Assembly: GCF_006345805.1 (NCBI RefSeq) | Contig: NC_043009.1 | Location: 41,292,001-41,356,000, forward strand | Direction of reading: 5' to 3' | Origin: Octopus sinensis | Lineage: Eukaryota | DNA length: 64,000 bases | Shown here: positions 26,241 through 39,699 of the stretch, piece after piece | Position numbering within the stretch: the stretch's first letter is position 1 | Layout of the letters: each line of letters begins with the position of its first letter | Made by a program: the position numbers and the translations under genes | Notes under the pieces: model-generated | Told to the model about the DNA's origin: nothing | The model's database searches: none | What the model saw: the letters and a program-made list of their open reading frames with translations, nothing else

Positions 26241-27269
26241 CACACATACTAACATGGAAATCTGGCTTCTATAAGTATATTTACTTTCCTGAAGGGTCAT
26301 TGATGATAGCAAATAACTTGAAAGTAGTCAACAAGTCTCTTGCTGTTCTGTGTACTACAACCGATTTATCCACACTTGTGAATGAGCTTTTTCTGGCAGC
26401 CGGCACTTGTTAATGTTTTTACACATCGTAACAACAACAGAAAAATTAAAGATTTAAAATAAATTTCAAATGAAATTTGAAAGATTCCAAAATGTGAAGG
26501 GCTTTAGGAATATGGTGAGTGCGATGTTTATAGATATCATTGTCGTTATTGTTGTATATTCATTTCTTCATGCTGGTTTGGGTTAGATGGGATTATTTTC
26601 ACGGCAGTCTTTTTAGGTTGTATATTTATGAATCTAACAAGGGTCTCTGGTCATCAGATTGGATATGAACCATTTCATATTCATTACCAACATCCCTCCC
26701 ACACACAACTACCATCACCACCACCACCATCACTATCTTCATTATTATCGTCACCTTCAAATTCCGCCAAGGTCAACTTTGCCTTTCATACTTTTGGGGT
26801 CAATGAAATAAGTACCAGTTACATACTAGGGGTCGATGTAATTGACTAGCCCCTTTCCCCTAAATTGCAGGCCTTGTGCCTATACTTGAAAGGATTATTA
26901 CCATCACCACCACACCACCACCATCCATTCTGATGATTGGAAATACAACACTGGAATAATAAGATGTGAGATACCAGTTATTACAATCATATATATATGT
27001 GTGGATGTATGAATTAGAAGGTCTGTGCAGTTTTTGACTAACAAAGTGTTGCTTAACCAATTAGCATTTAGATTACTCAGTCAAATGTAATGCTTATTTA
27101 TTCACATTGCTTTGAATTAATCACACATTATCACATATATTTGAGATTTCAATGACGTGATTGTTTATTTTTAAAATGACATTGCAGTGTCAGTGTGAGA
27201 GGCTGGATCTGGCCAGTTTGGACATAAATCAGGTAGACAATTTGAGCCAGTTACATTGAATCTATTGCC

Positions 27270-27810
27270 AAATCGGCTGCAATGAAGGTAGGTTCACTTC
27301 TTCATTCGAGGAGTTATCAAACTCCTGAGACTATTCTTTATCTTCATAAGTCCACCATTCTTCCCTGCATTGAGTACTGTTGTCACGTATAGGCAGGTGC
27401 TCCTGCGGATTATTTAACAGTGTTGGACCACATTTAACACCATACTTGTAATGTTATTGGTCCTGATCTATCTTCTAAATTGGAGTAACTCTCTCATCAT
27501 TGTCTAAATGTAATGCTTATTTATTCACATTGCTTTCTATAAGTATTTTCATGGACATGGTTCAGCAGAGCTCTCTTCTCTGGCTCCTCCTTTAAGAACT
27601 TATCAGCAATCAATTAGACCTGCATCCAGTTCACATAAATATATTGTGCAACCCCCTAAGTGCCGTAAAGCACATTGCAGTACCAGTTTCTTCCCTCGCA
27701 CTTCTGAACTTTGGAATTCACTTCCACAGTCTTGTTTTCCTCTTCAATATGACCTCCAGTCTATTAAGTCTAATGCACATCGTCCCCTATTGACTTCTGT
27801 CTAGTGTCCA
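27270..27810 (+). mobile_element. CR1-group LINE 3' fragment
   Basis: ILYLHKSTILPCIEYCCHV*AGAP and FYKYFHG...SFFPRTSELWNSLPQSCFP. Confidence 0.85.
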
Positions 27811-28428
27811 TTTAATTCTAGTAGCTCTTACTTTTTCAATAGTCTAAGGGCCTTGTAATGGGTGAATACTTTGAAAACAAAAAAAAAAAAGAATTTCACC
27901 TTACTGTCACACATAAAGAAACAATTCCTTTTTGGATTTTGAGGCGCATCACAAAGCTATAACTAATAGCATGTGAATACTAGGTTGAAAAACCAGCTTG
28001 GATAGAAGTTGAAGGCTATTCAAATTTAAGAATTCTTATAAGTGAAGTATACACTGGACAATATAGTAGTCTATGATATATATACAAAACAAAAGAAACA
28101 GGATGGTCATGGCTAAAATGCCATTGACCATAGGTCTATTTTACCAGGCCTCACCTAACCTAGGGTTAAACAAATGAAGTCAATGCATAGATTGCACCTA
28201 ACATTCACAAAGCCATTTATAATGGCGATGATATTCCATTCAGAAATATAAAATAATTGAAATACTGGAAACTGCTGAACATATTAGAATAATGTGTGTG
28301 TGTGTGTGCACGCACATTTTAAGATCTTAATCAGTTTACATATGCACTTAGTATTATATAATATATATGTACATGTAAAACGTATAATACTAATTGCATA
28401 AACTAATTAATTTCTATGTATGTGTATG

Positions 28429-28486
<58 letters not shown>

Positions 28487-31017
28487 CATATGCATAAATG
28501 TGTATGTATATATAGTACACACCCAGTACTTCATCCATTCATGATTACATACATATATATATATATATGAATGTGTGTATATATACATACACACACACAT
28601 ACCCATGCATAAAGTTAACACTAATAAGCTAACTACTTAATAATTACTGAATCAATTAATACATCCCAAAGAAAATTAAACCAATTATGAACTTAATGTA
28701 ATTGCAACACTGAAGGCCTACATACACACACAAATGCATATATGTGTGTGTGTGCATATATACACACACACATATATAAATATATACATACACGCATATA
28801 TACAGACATATATATATATACATACATACGCACTCATATAGCCCCCCCCACACACACACACACCTTCCACAACAAACAGAAAACTAAAGGGAATGCATGA
28901 TTTCAAAGAAATGTGATTATATGATGTAAGATGACATGTGATAAAGTGTCGATGAGATGATTATGATGACGATAAAGTGATGGTGTGATGATGGCAAGAT
29001 GATAACAACGATAATAAAGCGAAAGTAATCGCTAACCAAAGGTCGGTGCTAAACAACAGTTCCAAGAAATTAAGGAGATGAAAGATCAATCTCTTATTAG
29101 AACGAGCATAAATCAGGATAACATTCCCCAGAATATCCAGTATGTATTGCCGACAGGGTGGCTGACCAGTGGTTGGGATGGGTAGGGCTTAGAGAGAATT
29201 AATTGTACAACACAAATATTGATTTCACAATTAGCCACAAGGTCACATTTTCTGGGGGAGAAGAGAGTGAAAGCCAATGCCACCCTCGATGGGAATTGAA
29301 CCTAGAGTGTAGGTTTTAATTTGGATTACTGTAAATTCATATCACTGATCCAGGGAAGCCACAAGCAAGTTGCTGTGGAAAGAGTTAACCTTTTTTTTTT
29401 ATCATATTTCAACTGAAATATATAGCTTTTGTTTCAATTAATTTTCAAAAGAATGAAGAATTTCAGTAAGATAACTTGGTCATTTTTAAGCTGTTTAAAA
29501 CATAAAATAACACGAAATTTTGAAAGGAAACAAGGAATTTATATCATAGAACCAGAGGTGGTCTCGATAGCATGGTATCATAACAATTAAAGGGGATTAC
29601 ATTTCTCAGTCCCTCTGGCTGGTTACTATCTCTCTTTCTGCCTATTGAATGTAAAGTGCTGTACCCAAACCACATTATTCTCTCCACATATCAGTTACTT
29701 CCTAAGTTTTGTTTATTAGAATGCCATTTCTTCAGCAATTTCACATTTAGGTATCCATTCTTTGGCCAAACTTTTAACCATTTGGTTTGCTTTTCTTGAG
29801 TCCTTTACTCCAAGATTTCAACAACGGCAAAGTGTCACACCATTTTAGCAATTCGCAAGGTGACCTATATCGCTATTGCATTGACAACTGAAAAAAACCT
29901 AGTTGACCACAACAACATTTGTATATCAAAGGAAAAGGAATATGTTTATTATTCATGAAATTTTTATGATTAATCAAAATTAATCCGATATGGGTCTTCT
30001 CTCTATATAAATCTTTATACACTCATATATATCATCATCATCATCGTTTAACGTCTGCTTTCCATGCTAGCATGGGTTGGACGATTTTGACTGAGGGCTG
30101 GTGAACCAGATGGCTGCACCAGGCTCCAATCTTGATTAGGCCGAGTTTCTACAGCTGGATGCTCTTCCTAACGCCAACCACTCCGAGAGTGTAGTGGGTA
30201 ACCAGTTCCATCATGTCACACACACATACACCTAAACGTATTTCATTAAGTTGAACTGGGTTGTTAGGGATATCATAGTTTGTATTACAGCCCGATAAGG
30301 CAACACAGAAAAGGGACACGGAGAAACACCAACCAGAGGAAATTCTTATACTGTCACTGCTACCTCAGTGAAATACTAAGACGGTTTTCCTACAACACTG
30401 GGCCAATCTATTTTATTCTTCTATCTTGTGTTACTTGCTTCAGTCACTGAACTGTGGCCATGCTGGGGCACTGCTTTGAAGGGCTTCGTTAAACAAATCA
30501 ACCACAAGGCTTATTTTTTTTTTAAAATTAGTACTTGTTCTATCAGTCTCTTTTGCCAAACCACTAGGTTACAGATGCTGTAAGCTCACCTACTTGGATT
30601 GTCAAGCAGTAATGGGGGACAAGCACAGTAAAAAGACAGACACACACAAATATAATATATATATATATATGCCAACCAATTTTCCAACCTCCTGTGTTAT
30701 TCATCATCATTTAACGTCTGCTTTCCATGCTAGCATGGGTTGGACGGTTCAACTGGGGTCTGGGAAGCCCGAAGGCTGCACCAGGCCAGTCAGATCTGGC
30801 GGTGTTTCTACAGCTGGATGACCTTCCTAACGCCAACCACTCCATGAGTATAGTGAGTGCTTTTTATGTGCCACCGAAACAAGTGCCAGACGAGGCTGGT
30901 GAACGGCCACGCTCGGATGGTGCTTTTTACGTGCCACCAGCATGGAGGCCGGGCGAGGCTGGCAATGGCCACGATCGGATGATCTTTGTTACGTATATAT
31001 GTATGTGTGTATGAATG

Positions 31018-31108
<91 letters not shown>

Positions 31109-31391
31109 GCATATAATCATGTTCCATGCTTGCATGGGTTGGACAAAAATGTTTTTCAGTGCCTACTGGAATCATAATCCAGACACACCATAAATTGTGC
31201 AGACATGCTAAACACTAAGGCAATTGTCATTTTATTCATTCTTTCACTCATTCATCCATTCATACATACATACATGTTTTGTGCGTGTGTGTGTGTAATT
31301 GCACACACAATTACGGAGAAAGAGAGTGAGAAATGGTAAAGTGTAATGCATAAATGAAAATCAGAAAAATTCCTTTTTTTCTTTGTTGCAG

Positions 31392-31445
31392 ATTGCAGAA
31401 GAGATGGAAAAAGAAAGAAAAATGTTTCAGTTACAAGTATGTGAA
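31392..31445 (+). CDS. Asap: Internal exon of ASAP-family ArfGAP (SH3/ANK/PH), BAR domain: IAEEMEKERKMFQLQVCE
   Basis: Acceptor ttccttttttctttgttgcag and donor GAA|gtaagt; 54 nt, phase 0-0. The peptide matches human ASAP1 IAEEMEKERRLFQLQMCE as I recall it. Confidence 0.95.
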
Positions 31446-31892
31446 GTAAGTATCTTTAATGACAGGACGGGCATCTGACTGTAAAGTAATATTTATTTAT
31501 GCTTTAGTAATATTTATTCGTCTGACCTTTACTACCACTGCAAAATAGACAATATAATGAACAAAATATCAGAATGAAAATTGTATTTTTACCATTCAGC
31601 TGGTCATTATATTTCTTGACCATCCAACACTGACATCAGCAGATCAGCTGTCCTCTATTATAATGACCATCACTACTGGCATTTCAAGTTTACCAGGTCA
31701 CTATGTAACTGACCACTAATAACTGATATCTACTTATTGCTAATGTATATGTAATAAACCCTTAAAGAGAGAGCCCCAGGATGACCACAGTCCAATGACT
31801 GAAACAAGAAAAGGATAAAAGATAGATAGTCCCCAAAAACATTTAGTCATGGGACCCCTAGGCTAATCCCTGCTTCGATAGTGAAAGTGGGC

Positions 31893-32118
31893 TTAACTCT
31901 AGCATTTAATCCAGCCATTTCTGGTCCAGATATTCTCCTCGTTTTATGTTAAAACTGAGCAGATCCAATGTCTCACACCTACCCTACAAGGTCATTCTAA
32001 AAATAAACAACCACATCTTAGAAATTGTGAAGCTATGAGAAAATGCATGATTAATTCAAAACAATGTGAATAAATAAGGTTTACATTTGACAAAGAAATC
32101 TGAATGTTCAAGAGTTAA
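31893..32118. mobile_element. piggyBac-like (TTAA-flanked) MITE
   Basis: ttaactctagcattt...gaatgttcaagagttaa; related inverted or partial copies at about 27055-27255 and 12770-12893. Confidence 0.6.
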
Positions 32119-32183
32119 AGTTGTATTTGTGTATTTGTGTGGCCTATTCTATCCATATCAGATACCATAAGCATCCACATAAA

Positions 32184-33232
32184 TCTTTGGCATTGTTAGC
32201 TTCCCATACTTTGTGATTTTGGCATTGCTGGCTTTCCATACTATGTGATTTTGGCATTACTGGCTTTCCATACTTTGTGGTTTTGGCATTGCCGGCTTTC
32301 CATACTTTGTGGTTTTGGCATTGCCGGCTTTCCATACTTTGTTATTTTGGCATTGCCGGCTTTCCATACTTTGTGGTTTTGGCATTGCCGGCTTTCCATA
32401 CTTTGTGGTTTTGGCATTTCCGGCTTTCCATACTTTGCGGTTTTGGCATTGCCGGCTTTCCATACTTTGCGGTTTTGGCATTGCCGGCTTTCCATACTTT
32501 GCGGTTTTGGCATTGCTGGCTTTCCATACTTTGTGATTTTGGCACAGCCAGCTTTCCATACTTTGTGATTTTGGCACCGCCGGCTTTCCATACTTTGTGA
32601 TTTTGGCACCGCCGGTTTTCCATACTTTGTGGTTTTGGCATTGCCGGCTTTCCATACTTTGTGGTTTTGGCATTGCTGGCTTTCCATACTTTGTGGCTTT
32701 GGCATTGCCGGCTTTCCACACTTTGTGGTTTTGGCACCGCCGGCTTTCCATACTTTGTGGTTTTGGCACTGCTGGCTTTCCATACTTTGTGATTTTGGCA
32801 CCGCCAGCTTTCCATACTTTGATTTTGGCACCGCCGGTTTTCCATACTTTGTGGTTTTGGCATTGCCGGCTTTCCATACTTTGTGGTTTTGGCATTGCCG
32901 GCTTTCCATACTTTGTGGTTTTGGCATTGCCGGCTTTCCATACTTTGTGGCTTTGGCATTGCCGGCTTTCCATACTTTGTGGTTTTGGCACCGCCGGCTT
33001 TCCATACTTTGTGGTTTTGGCACTGCCAGCTTTCCATACTTTGTGATTTTGGCACTGCCAGCTTTCCATACTTTGCGATTTTGGCACCGCCAGCTTTCCA
33101 TACTTTGTGATTTTGGCACCGCCAGCTTTCCATACTTTGTGATTTTGGCACCGCCAGCTTTCCATACTTTGTGATTTTGGCATTGCTAGTTTTCCATACT
33201 TTCTGTGATTTTGGCATTGCTAGCTTCCCATA
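32184..33232. repeat. 32-bp tandem minisatellite, about 33 copies (ttttggcattgccggctttccatactttgtgg)
   Basis: Directly visible tandem array, with more degenerate units at both ends. It explains the 290-308 aa periodic ORFs. Confidence 0.97.
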
Positions 33233-33399
33233 ATTTCTGTTAGTCTCTCATTTGCAAACTTAAATCTTAAATATACATTAACTATATGAAGATATGATCT
33301 ACTGGTGGTCAGTAATGTAGTGACTTTTTTTTTAAAAAAGACTTATTTTAGCAGATGAACGTTTAAAGTTGTCTAATTTCTTCTTCTGTTTGTTCGCAG

Positions 33400-33485
33400 T
33401 ATCTAATAAAAGTCAATGAAATCCGCACAAAGAAAGGAGTCAATCTACTACAACATCTAGTTGAATACTACCAAGCTCAAACCAC
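33400..33485 (+). CDS. Asap: Next internal exon of ASAP-family ArfGAP, BAR domain: [28 protein letters not shown]
   Basis: Acceptor ttcttcttctgtttgttcgcag and donor AC|gtaagt; 86 nt, phase 0-2, in frame with the previous exon. Matches ASAP1 [28 protein letters not shown] as I recall it. Confidence 0.95.
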
Positions 33486-34254
33486 GTAAGTCTCAATTTC
33501 ATTTCCCATCACTTTGATTATATATATATATATACACCAAGTGAAAGCATATGGCTCAGTGGTTAGGGCGTCAAGCTCACAATCATAAGGTAGTGAGTTA
33601 AATTCCCAGGCCAAGCTGTGTGTTGTTCTTGAGCAAGACACTTTATTTCACATTGCTCCAGTTCACTCAGCTGTAGAAATGAGTTGCAACATCACAGGTA
33701 CCAAGTTGTATTGCCCTTTGCATTTTCCTTGGATGACATCAGGAGAGTGGAGAGAGGAAGCTAGTATGCAGGGGTGACTGCTGGTCTTCCATAAAACAAC
33801 CTTGCCTCGGATGGGAACTTTCTAGGAGCAATCCCATAATCATTCATGACCGAAAGGAGTATTTACCCTTTTAATCTATATATATATATATACACAAACA
33901 AAATGGTCTTCTTACAGTCTCTATGTATCAAACACACTCACAAGGCTTTCGCCAACCCAGGGCTATAGCTGAAGACAAGACACCTGCCCAAGGTACCATA
34001 CAGTGGGACTGAACCTAAAACCATGTGGATGGGAAGCAAACTTCTTAACCACACAGACACACCTGCATCAATGTGACAGAAGACAGAAAATCACCTAAAA
34101 TCTTCAGAGATCTCAGAAAATATTCATCTTAAATCTAATTCCAAAAGAAATAAATTGGTTTAGTAAAGATTTGTTTTGAAATTCCAAATAGAATAATATC
34201 TTTAATTTTCTTTCTTTTTTTGCTATTTATCTCGTTCGTTAAATTTTCTTTTAC

Positions 34255-34285
<31 letters not shown>

Positions 34286-35993
34286 ATTTTGTTTCCATTA
34301 TCTTAAGAAAATGGTGATATTCTATTTCAAGTGTATCAGTAGTATTAAGACAATAATAAAGTGACAGCTGGGAAAACAGGTTCAATAACCAGTAGCAGAC
34401 TGTTTATTGACATGATACATTGCATATCTCCCCATGACAAGCTCTAACAGATCATGAATGTGATACAATACATTTCTCGTTAATATCAATATAATGACTA
34501 CTCCAACAGTAACAATATACAGATATACAGAGTAAGTCAAAGGTCCTTTTAGGATGGATGAATGGATGGATGGATACGAGGGAGAGCTAAAATGTTCCTG
34601 GATTTGGGTAAAAGAAAATACAGAAGGATCAGTTATTTATGATTTTCTTCAACATAAACCCCTCTTAGATTCACACACTTATTGTAGCAGTCCTTCAGTT
34701 TTTCTAAGTCCTGTAAAATAACTTGAAAGGTTGGGCCTCCAGCCAGGCCATTCACTACATCCTTAGAGCCAGGAACTTCTCAGCACCACCTCATAAACAG
34801 ACAGATGGATAGATGGAAGGATGGATGGATGGGTAGATGTTGTTTGACATCCATTTTCCATGCTGGCATAGGTTAGATAGTCTGATAGAAGCCAACAAAC
34901 CAGAGGACTGTGCTAAGTTCCAATGTGGGCTTTGGCATGGTTTCTGTAGCTGGACACCTTCCTAACCCAACCATTTCCCAGTGTACTGGGCGCTTTTTAT
35001 GCGACACCAGCACATGTGAGGTCACCAAGGGTAACTCACAAAGCAAGACCCTTAACTGAGTGGTTTTATACCAGGTGATGTGAGGCTTCAGTATGATAGA
35101 GATACATAAATATATTTATGTGTGAAGGCACATGGCTTAGTGGTTAGGGTATCCAGCTCCTGATCATAAGGTCGGGAGGTTAATTCCCAGCGAAGCATTG
35201 TGTCCTTCAGCAAGACACTTTATTTCACATTGCTCCAGGTCATTTACCTGGCAAAAATGAATAGTACCTGTATTTCAAAGGGCCAGCCTTGTCATACTCT
35301 GTGACATGCTACATCTCCCTCAGAACTACATTAAGGGTACATGTGTCTGTGGAGTGCTCAGCCACATGCATGTTAACTGCATGAGCAGGCTGCTCCATTG
35401 ATCAGATTAACTGGAACCCTCGTCATAGTAAACAACAGTGTCAGATACATATATATATAATCATCATCATCATCGTTTAACGTCCACTTTCCATGCTAGC
35501 AAGGGTTGGACAATTTGACTGAGGACTGGCGAACCAGATGGCTGCACCAGGCTCCAATCTTGATCTGGCAGAGTTTCTACAGTTGGATGGCAACCACTTC
35601 GAGAATGTAGTGGGTACTTTTATGTGCCACCAGTACTAGGGCCAGTCAGGCGGTACTGGCAACGGCCACACTCAAATGGTGTTTTTTACGTGCTACCAGC
35701 CCAAGTGCCAGTAAGGCAGCACTGGTAACGATCACACATATATATACATATATATATACACACACACACACACATATATACACATATATACACACATACA
35801 TATACACACATATATATGTACACACACACACATATATATATATATACACATATATACATACATATACATACACACACATATATATACACACATATATACA
35901 TACATATACATACATGTACATATACATACACACACACACACATATATATATATACACATATATACATACATATACATACATGTACATATACAT

Positions 35994-36024
<31 letters not shown>

Positions 36025-36039
36025 CACATATATACACCT

Positions 36040-36365
36040 TTAAGGTACATCCAAGGCTTGGGCCCCGTGCCATCCGCCCAAAACAAAAATCGCACTCTCA
36101 TCTCATAACAACAATACGGCACAATTATTTCACCTCAATTGGCCCCGCTCTCTTTAACATTACACCAAAACACATTAAAACAGAAACTGACCCTATAGGG
36201 TTCAAGAAGTCTTTGGACAGATTCCTTCAAGAAATCCCGGATAAACCCCCTACACCCGGATATGTCTCTGTAAACAATAACTCTCTACTTGAGTGGGCCA
36301 TAGTGCCCAAATTCTGACTTGAAAGACTTCACCAGGTGGTGCTATTAAGTTAGACATGGCCTGGG
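36040..36365 (+). mobile_element. CR1/L2-group LINE 3' end fragment
   Basis: FKKSLDRFLQEIPDKPPTPGYVSVNNNSLLEWA; embedded in a compound microsatellite. Confidence 0.8.
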
Positions 36366-36444
36366 CCAATAATGGCCGAAACCTATCAAAGTATCAAAGT
36401 ATACATACATATACATACATGTACATATACATACACACACACAC

Positions 36445-36519
<75 letters not shown>

Positions 36520-36521
<2 letters not shown>

Positions 36522-37591
36522 TGGTGGGGAATATCGACTCCTTGTATTTATAAAATGCACCATAAATGTTCAATACTATGGAGATCTGGGAACTGTGGTG
36601 GCCAGATAAGATGTTCAACTTCACTAGAATGTTCCTTGTGCCATTCAGTAAGAACTTTAGCTGTATGAATTGGTGCATTATCATCCTGAAAGATTGCGTT
36701 TCCCTCCAGAAACAGTTCCACAACCATAGCATGAATTTGATCAGATAAAATGCTTCACTATTAACTCTGCCATGAAGGAAAACCATTAGGCCGGTGGATT
36801 TCCAAGATATAGCCCCCCAATCCCGATCATCACAGATCCTCCTCCATGTTTAAGAGTTGGAAAAAAAGCAGTCTGGGTCAAACGCTTCTTTTGGCTGTCT
36901 CCACACAAACACTCAGCTGGTGTAACAGAAATAAGGTAAAGGATGACTCATCTGAGAAAATAACATTCTTCCACTGCTCCTGGGATTAATTCTGTAGGCT
37001 TTTACTCCACTCTAAACGCTTTGCAACATTTGTTTTTGAAAGTAGTGGTTTTCTGATTGTAGCCCTCATGTGAAATCCAGCCTTGTGCAGCCCCCGGCAA
37101 ACAGTTTTTGTGGAAACTGGGTTCTCAAGGTGGTCATTAAGCTCTGCAGTAATTTTGGGAGCTGTATTTTTGCGATCCTTTCTGACAATTCGCTTAAGAG
37201 TCCAACGGTCCATATCTGAAAGTTCTGGTTTTCTTCTAAAGTTTTGTTTCGACGAGGCTTTTCCTTCATTCTCAAAGGCTGTCATTACTTTCAAGACAGT
37301 ACTTGTTGATACATCAAACATTTTGGCTATTTTTGTTAGGCTAGTTCCTGCCAGATGAGAACCAATAATTTGACCTCTTTGAAAGTCCGATAGATACGTC
37401 ATTTTAATGAATTTTAATTACCTTTTTCTAAAGACATCTGAAAAGAAACAGCAATTTTAGCAAAGCATATTAAGCAACACTAATAATAAATCAAAAAACA
37501 TAAAAATAAACAAGCTTTTGATGGTTTTATAGATATATCAAAATTATGATGCTATGATGCTAGGTGTTTCCATTATTTTGTCCAACTTCTG
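36520..37591 (-). mobile_element. Tc1-family transposon, 3'-truncated and degenerate
   Basis: ORF 36986-37402 encodes a Tc1 paired/HTH region (LSDFQRGQIIG...RKPLLSKTNVAKRLEW). [18 protein letters not shown] remnant near 36570-36620. One TA-flanked terminal repeat at about 37560-37591. Confidence 0.92.
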
Positions 37592-39699
37592 TACATACAT
37601 TCATACATATATATATATACACACACATATACCCATGCAGATGTGTATGCCTATGAACTCAGATCTATTCAATAGGCTGAAAAAGCCATGAAGAACAAAA
37701 TATAAGGTCCCTGTCAAATCAAATTTATTAGTAAATTTCATTTCATGTCAAAGAGACCATTAGTAAATTTAGTCAGTGCCCCAGATGGCTGCAGCCTAGT
37801 GACCAAAACAAGTAGAAGTTAAAAGGTCAACAATGTTTTTTTTTTCTGTATGTGTGTGTGTGTCTGTATGTTTGTTTGTTTACATTTACACTTCCCAATA
37901 GTGTTTATAACCACTTACTATCTGGCTTTATGGGTATGTGACATAAGAGATCCCTTACTTGAAAACAAAATGTACAGATAAAGTTTAGCAGAAGGCAGAG
38001 CATCTGGCTGTAAAAACAATGCTTTGATAACATAGTTACCTAACCCATGAAAGTATAGGAAAAATGGATGTAAAACAAACGAATGATTGCAAGCCATTTC
38101 ATTCAATCTTCTAACAATTTTGCCAATTTGCCAGCTTAAAAACATTCTCTTTTAAAAACAGAAAACAAAACAAATGGCACCAACTAAAGAGGTAAGATTT
38201 CTATTATTACATCTCGAAATCCAGTTGAAGATAATCTGAAAGAAATCAAGAATGAAGAGGAAATGGTGCCGCAGGGATTTGTATATGTTTGTTTTTATTT
38301 TAGTTGTTTGCTTGTTCACCTCCCACCCCTTTTTCTTTTCTTTCTTTGTTTTCGGAGAGGGTGCTTATCACAATGCTGACTATTCTGAAGAGTCTGTGAT
38401 CTGAGATAAGAAATTAGAAATAAATAGTTGTGTAAAAGATATCAACAGAGGTGACTAATGTTTAAAGTTTAACGATAAAAGATAAAAGCCGAGGGAAGAA
38501 AATCTAAATTTTGATTGCTGATATGAGGGTAGTTTAGTCCAGGAATCATCAAAACTACAGATATAAAAAAATAAAAACGATAAAAAAAAAAGGGTAATTT
38601 CTTAGGATTGCACTCTTTAGCATTTGAAACCGTGACTGCAATGTAACTAAGTAGCTTGAACCTTTTTCAGCATTAGCTAATGTCTCCACTGAAATCAATA
38701 TCTATAGCAACAAATGAGCCAATGGGAGTGAGTTTCTATGTGGCTAGCACGATCTGCTAGAAAGATCACTGAGTCACAATTTTGCTAATACTTCCTGCAT
38801 CAAATTGATATTTTATATCATAACAGTCCACTAAAACATTACTGGAAATACCACCAACACTACTACAACTACTATTGTTATTTCACTTGTTAAAGCTGTC
38901 ACTACAGAAATTATAGCCAGCACTGTTTCTTGTTAATGGTGTTTTGTATCTGAGATGTCAGATGTAAAGTTTTCATCTGGTGTCTCGGAATATGAAATGT
39001 AGCAAAAATCCGTACTGGCTGTGATTTGTATAGAATATCTGTAGTGGTAACCTTAACAAGTGATGTAAAGTGCACTGCTAACGCATTAGAACATGGTATT
39101 GACTTATAAAAACGTTTAGTATACTTTACAGCATATTAAGAATGCATAATGAAATACCAAGTACCTACAAGACATTAATACTAGTAGTACTACTTGTAAT
39201 TTGGAAACTGTATACTTCAAAACACTGGTTCTTGCCAGAACATCTTTCACTTAGTTTAAAAGTCAAATAATGGATAACCTACCAATATAAAGTCATTTTC
39301 TCTGAGCTTAACACTTCTGATATCAATGTACATGATATCACACATGGATCTATGAGACAAAACTTCCAATTTTCAAGTGACCTGAATTAAAACTTAACAT
39401 CAAAATTTCATGCTATGTTCCAAACACCAACTTAATAAAATTATTTTTTTTACTAGATTCTTCCGTATTTTCAAAATTAAAATAATGGCAATGAACTTCA
39501 TCAGAAATATGGTAAGAAAAGGATTAACCTCTTTTTGATATCCACCTCCCTGAGGGTGCACTTAGTTCTAGGAAATAAAAATTTCCTGTATTAAAATCAT
39601 CCTTCACTTTGCTTAAAAGTCAAATAATAATAATAATAATATATACATATATGTATATATATATACATATATATGTATATACATAGATATCATCATCAT

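Noticed and set aside
25379-26274. Long YI/HT/MYV-rich ORFs (also 11402-11826, 35646-36122, 39944-40551, 44033-44689 and others)
   Set aside because: Translations of (TA)/(CA)/(ATGT) microsatellites.
27984-28046. Plus-strand 63-nt exon-like segment VEKPAWIEVEGYSNLRILISE
   Set aside because: Weak acceptor and donor and no homology; not distinguishable from background by eye.
29680-29800. Minus-strand peptide ...KEWIPKCEIAEEMAF* containing EIAEEM like ASAP
   Set aside because: Wrong strand, bounded by stops 33 codons apart, no further similarity; treated as coincidence.
32241-33217. 290-308 aa minus-strand ORFs (MPKSQSMESWRCQNHKVWKAG...) and the matching plus-strand ORFs
   Set aside because: They are translations of the 32-bp minisatellite. 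All frames give the same 32-aa cycle, and the array is intronic to conserved exons.
34350-34540. Minus-strand frame YIVTVGVVIILILTRNVLYHIHDLLELVMGRY resembling a TM protein
   Set aside because: No splice sites or start codon; GT-rich strands yield hydrophobic peptides by chance.
38900-39140. About 74-codon open minus-strand frame (AVKYTKRFYKSIPCSNALAVHF...)
   Set aside because: Bounded by stops, no usable splice sites and no recognisable homology.
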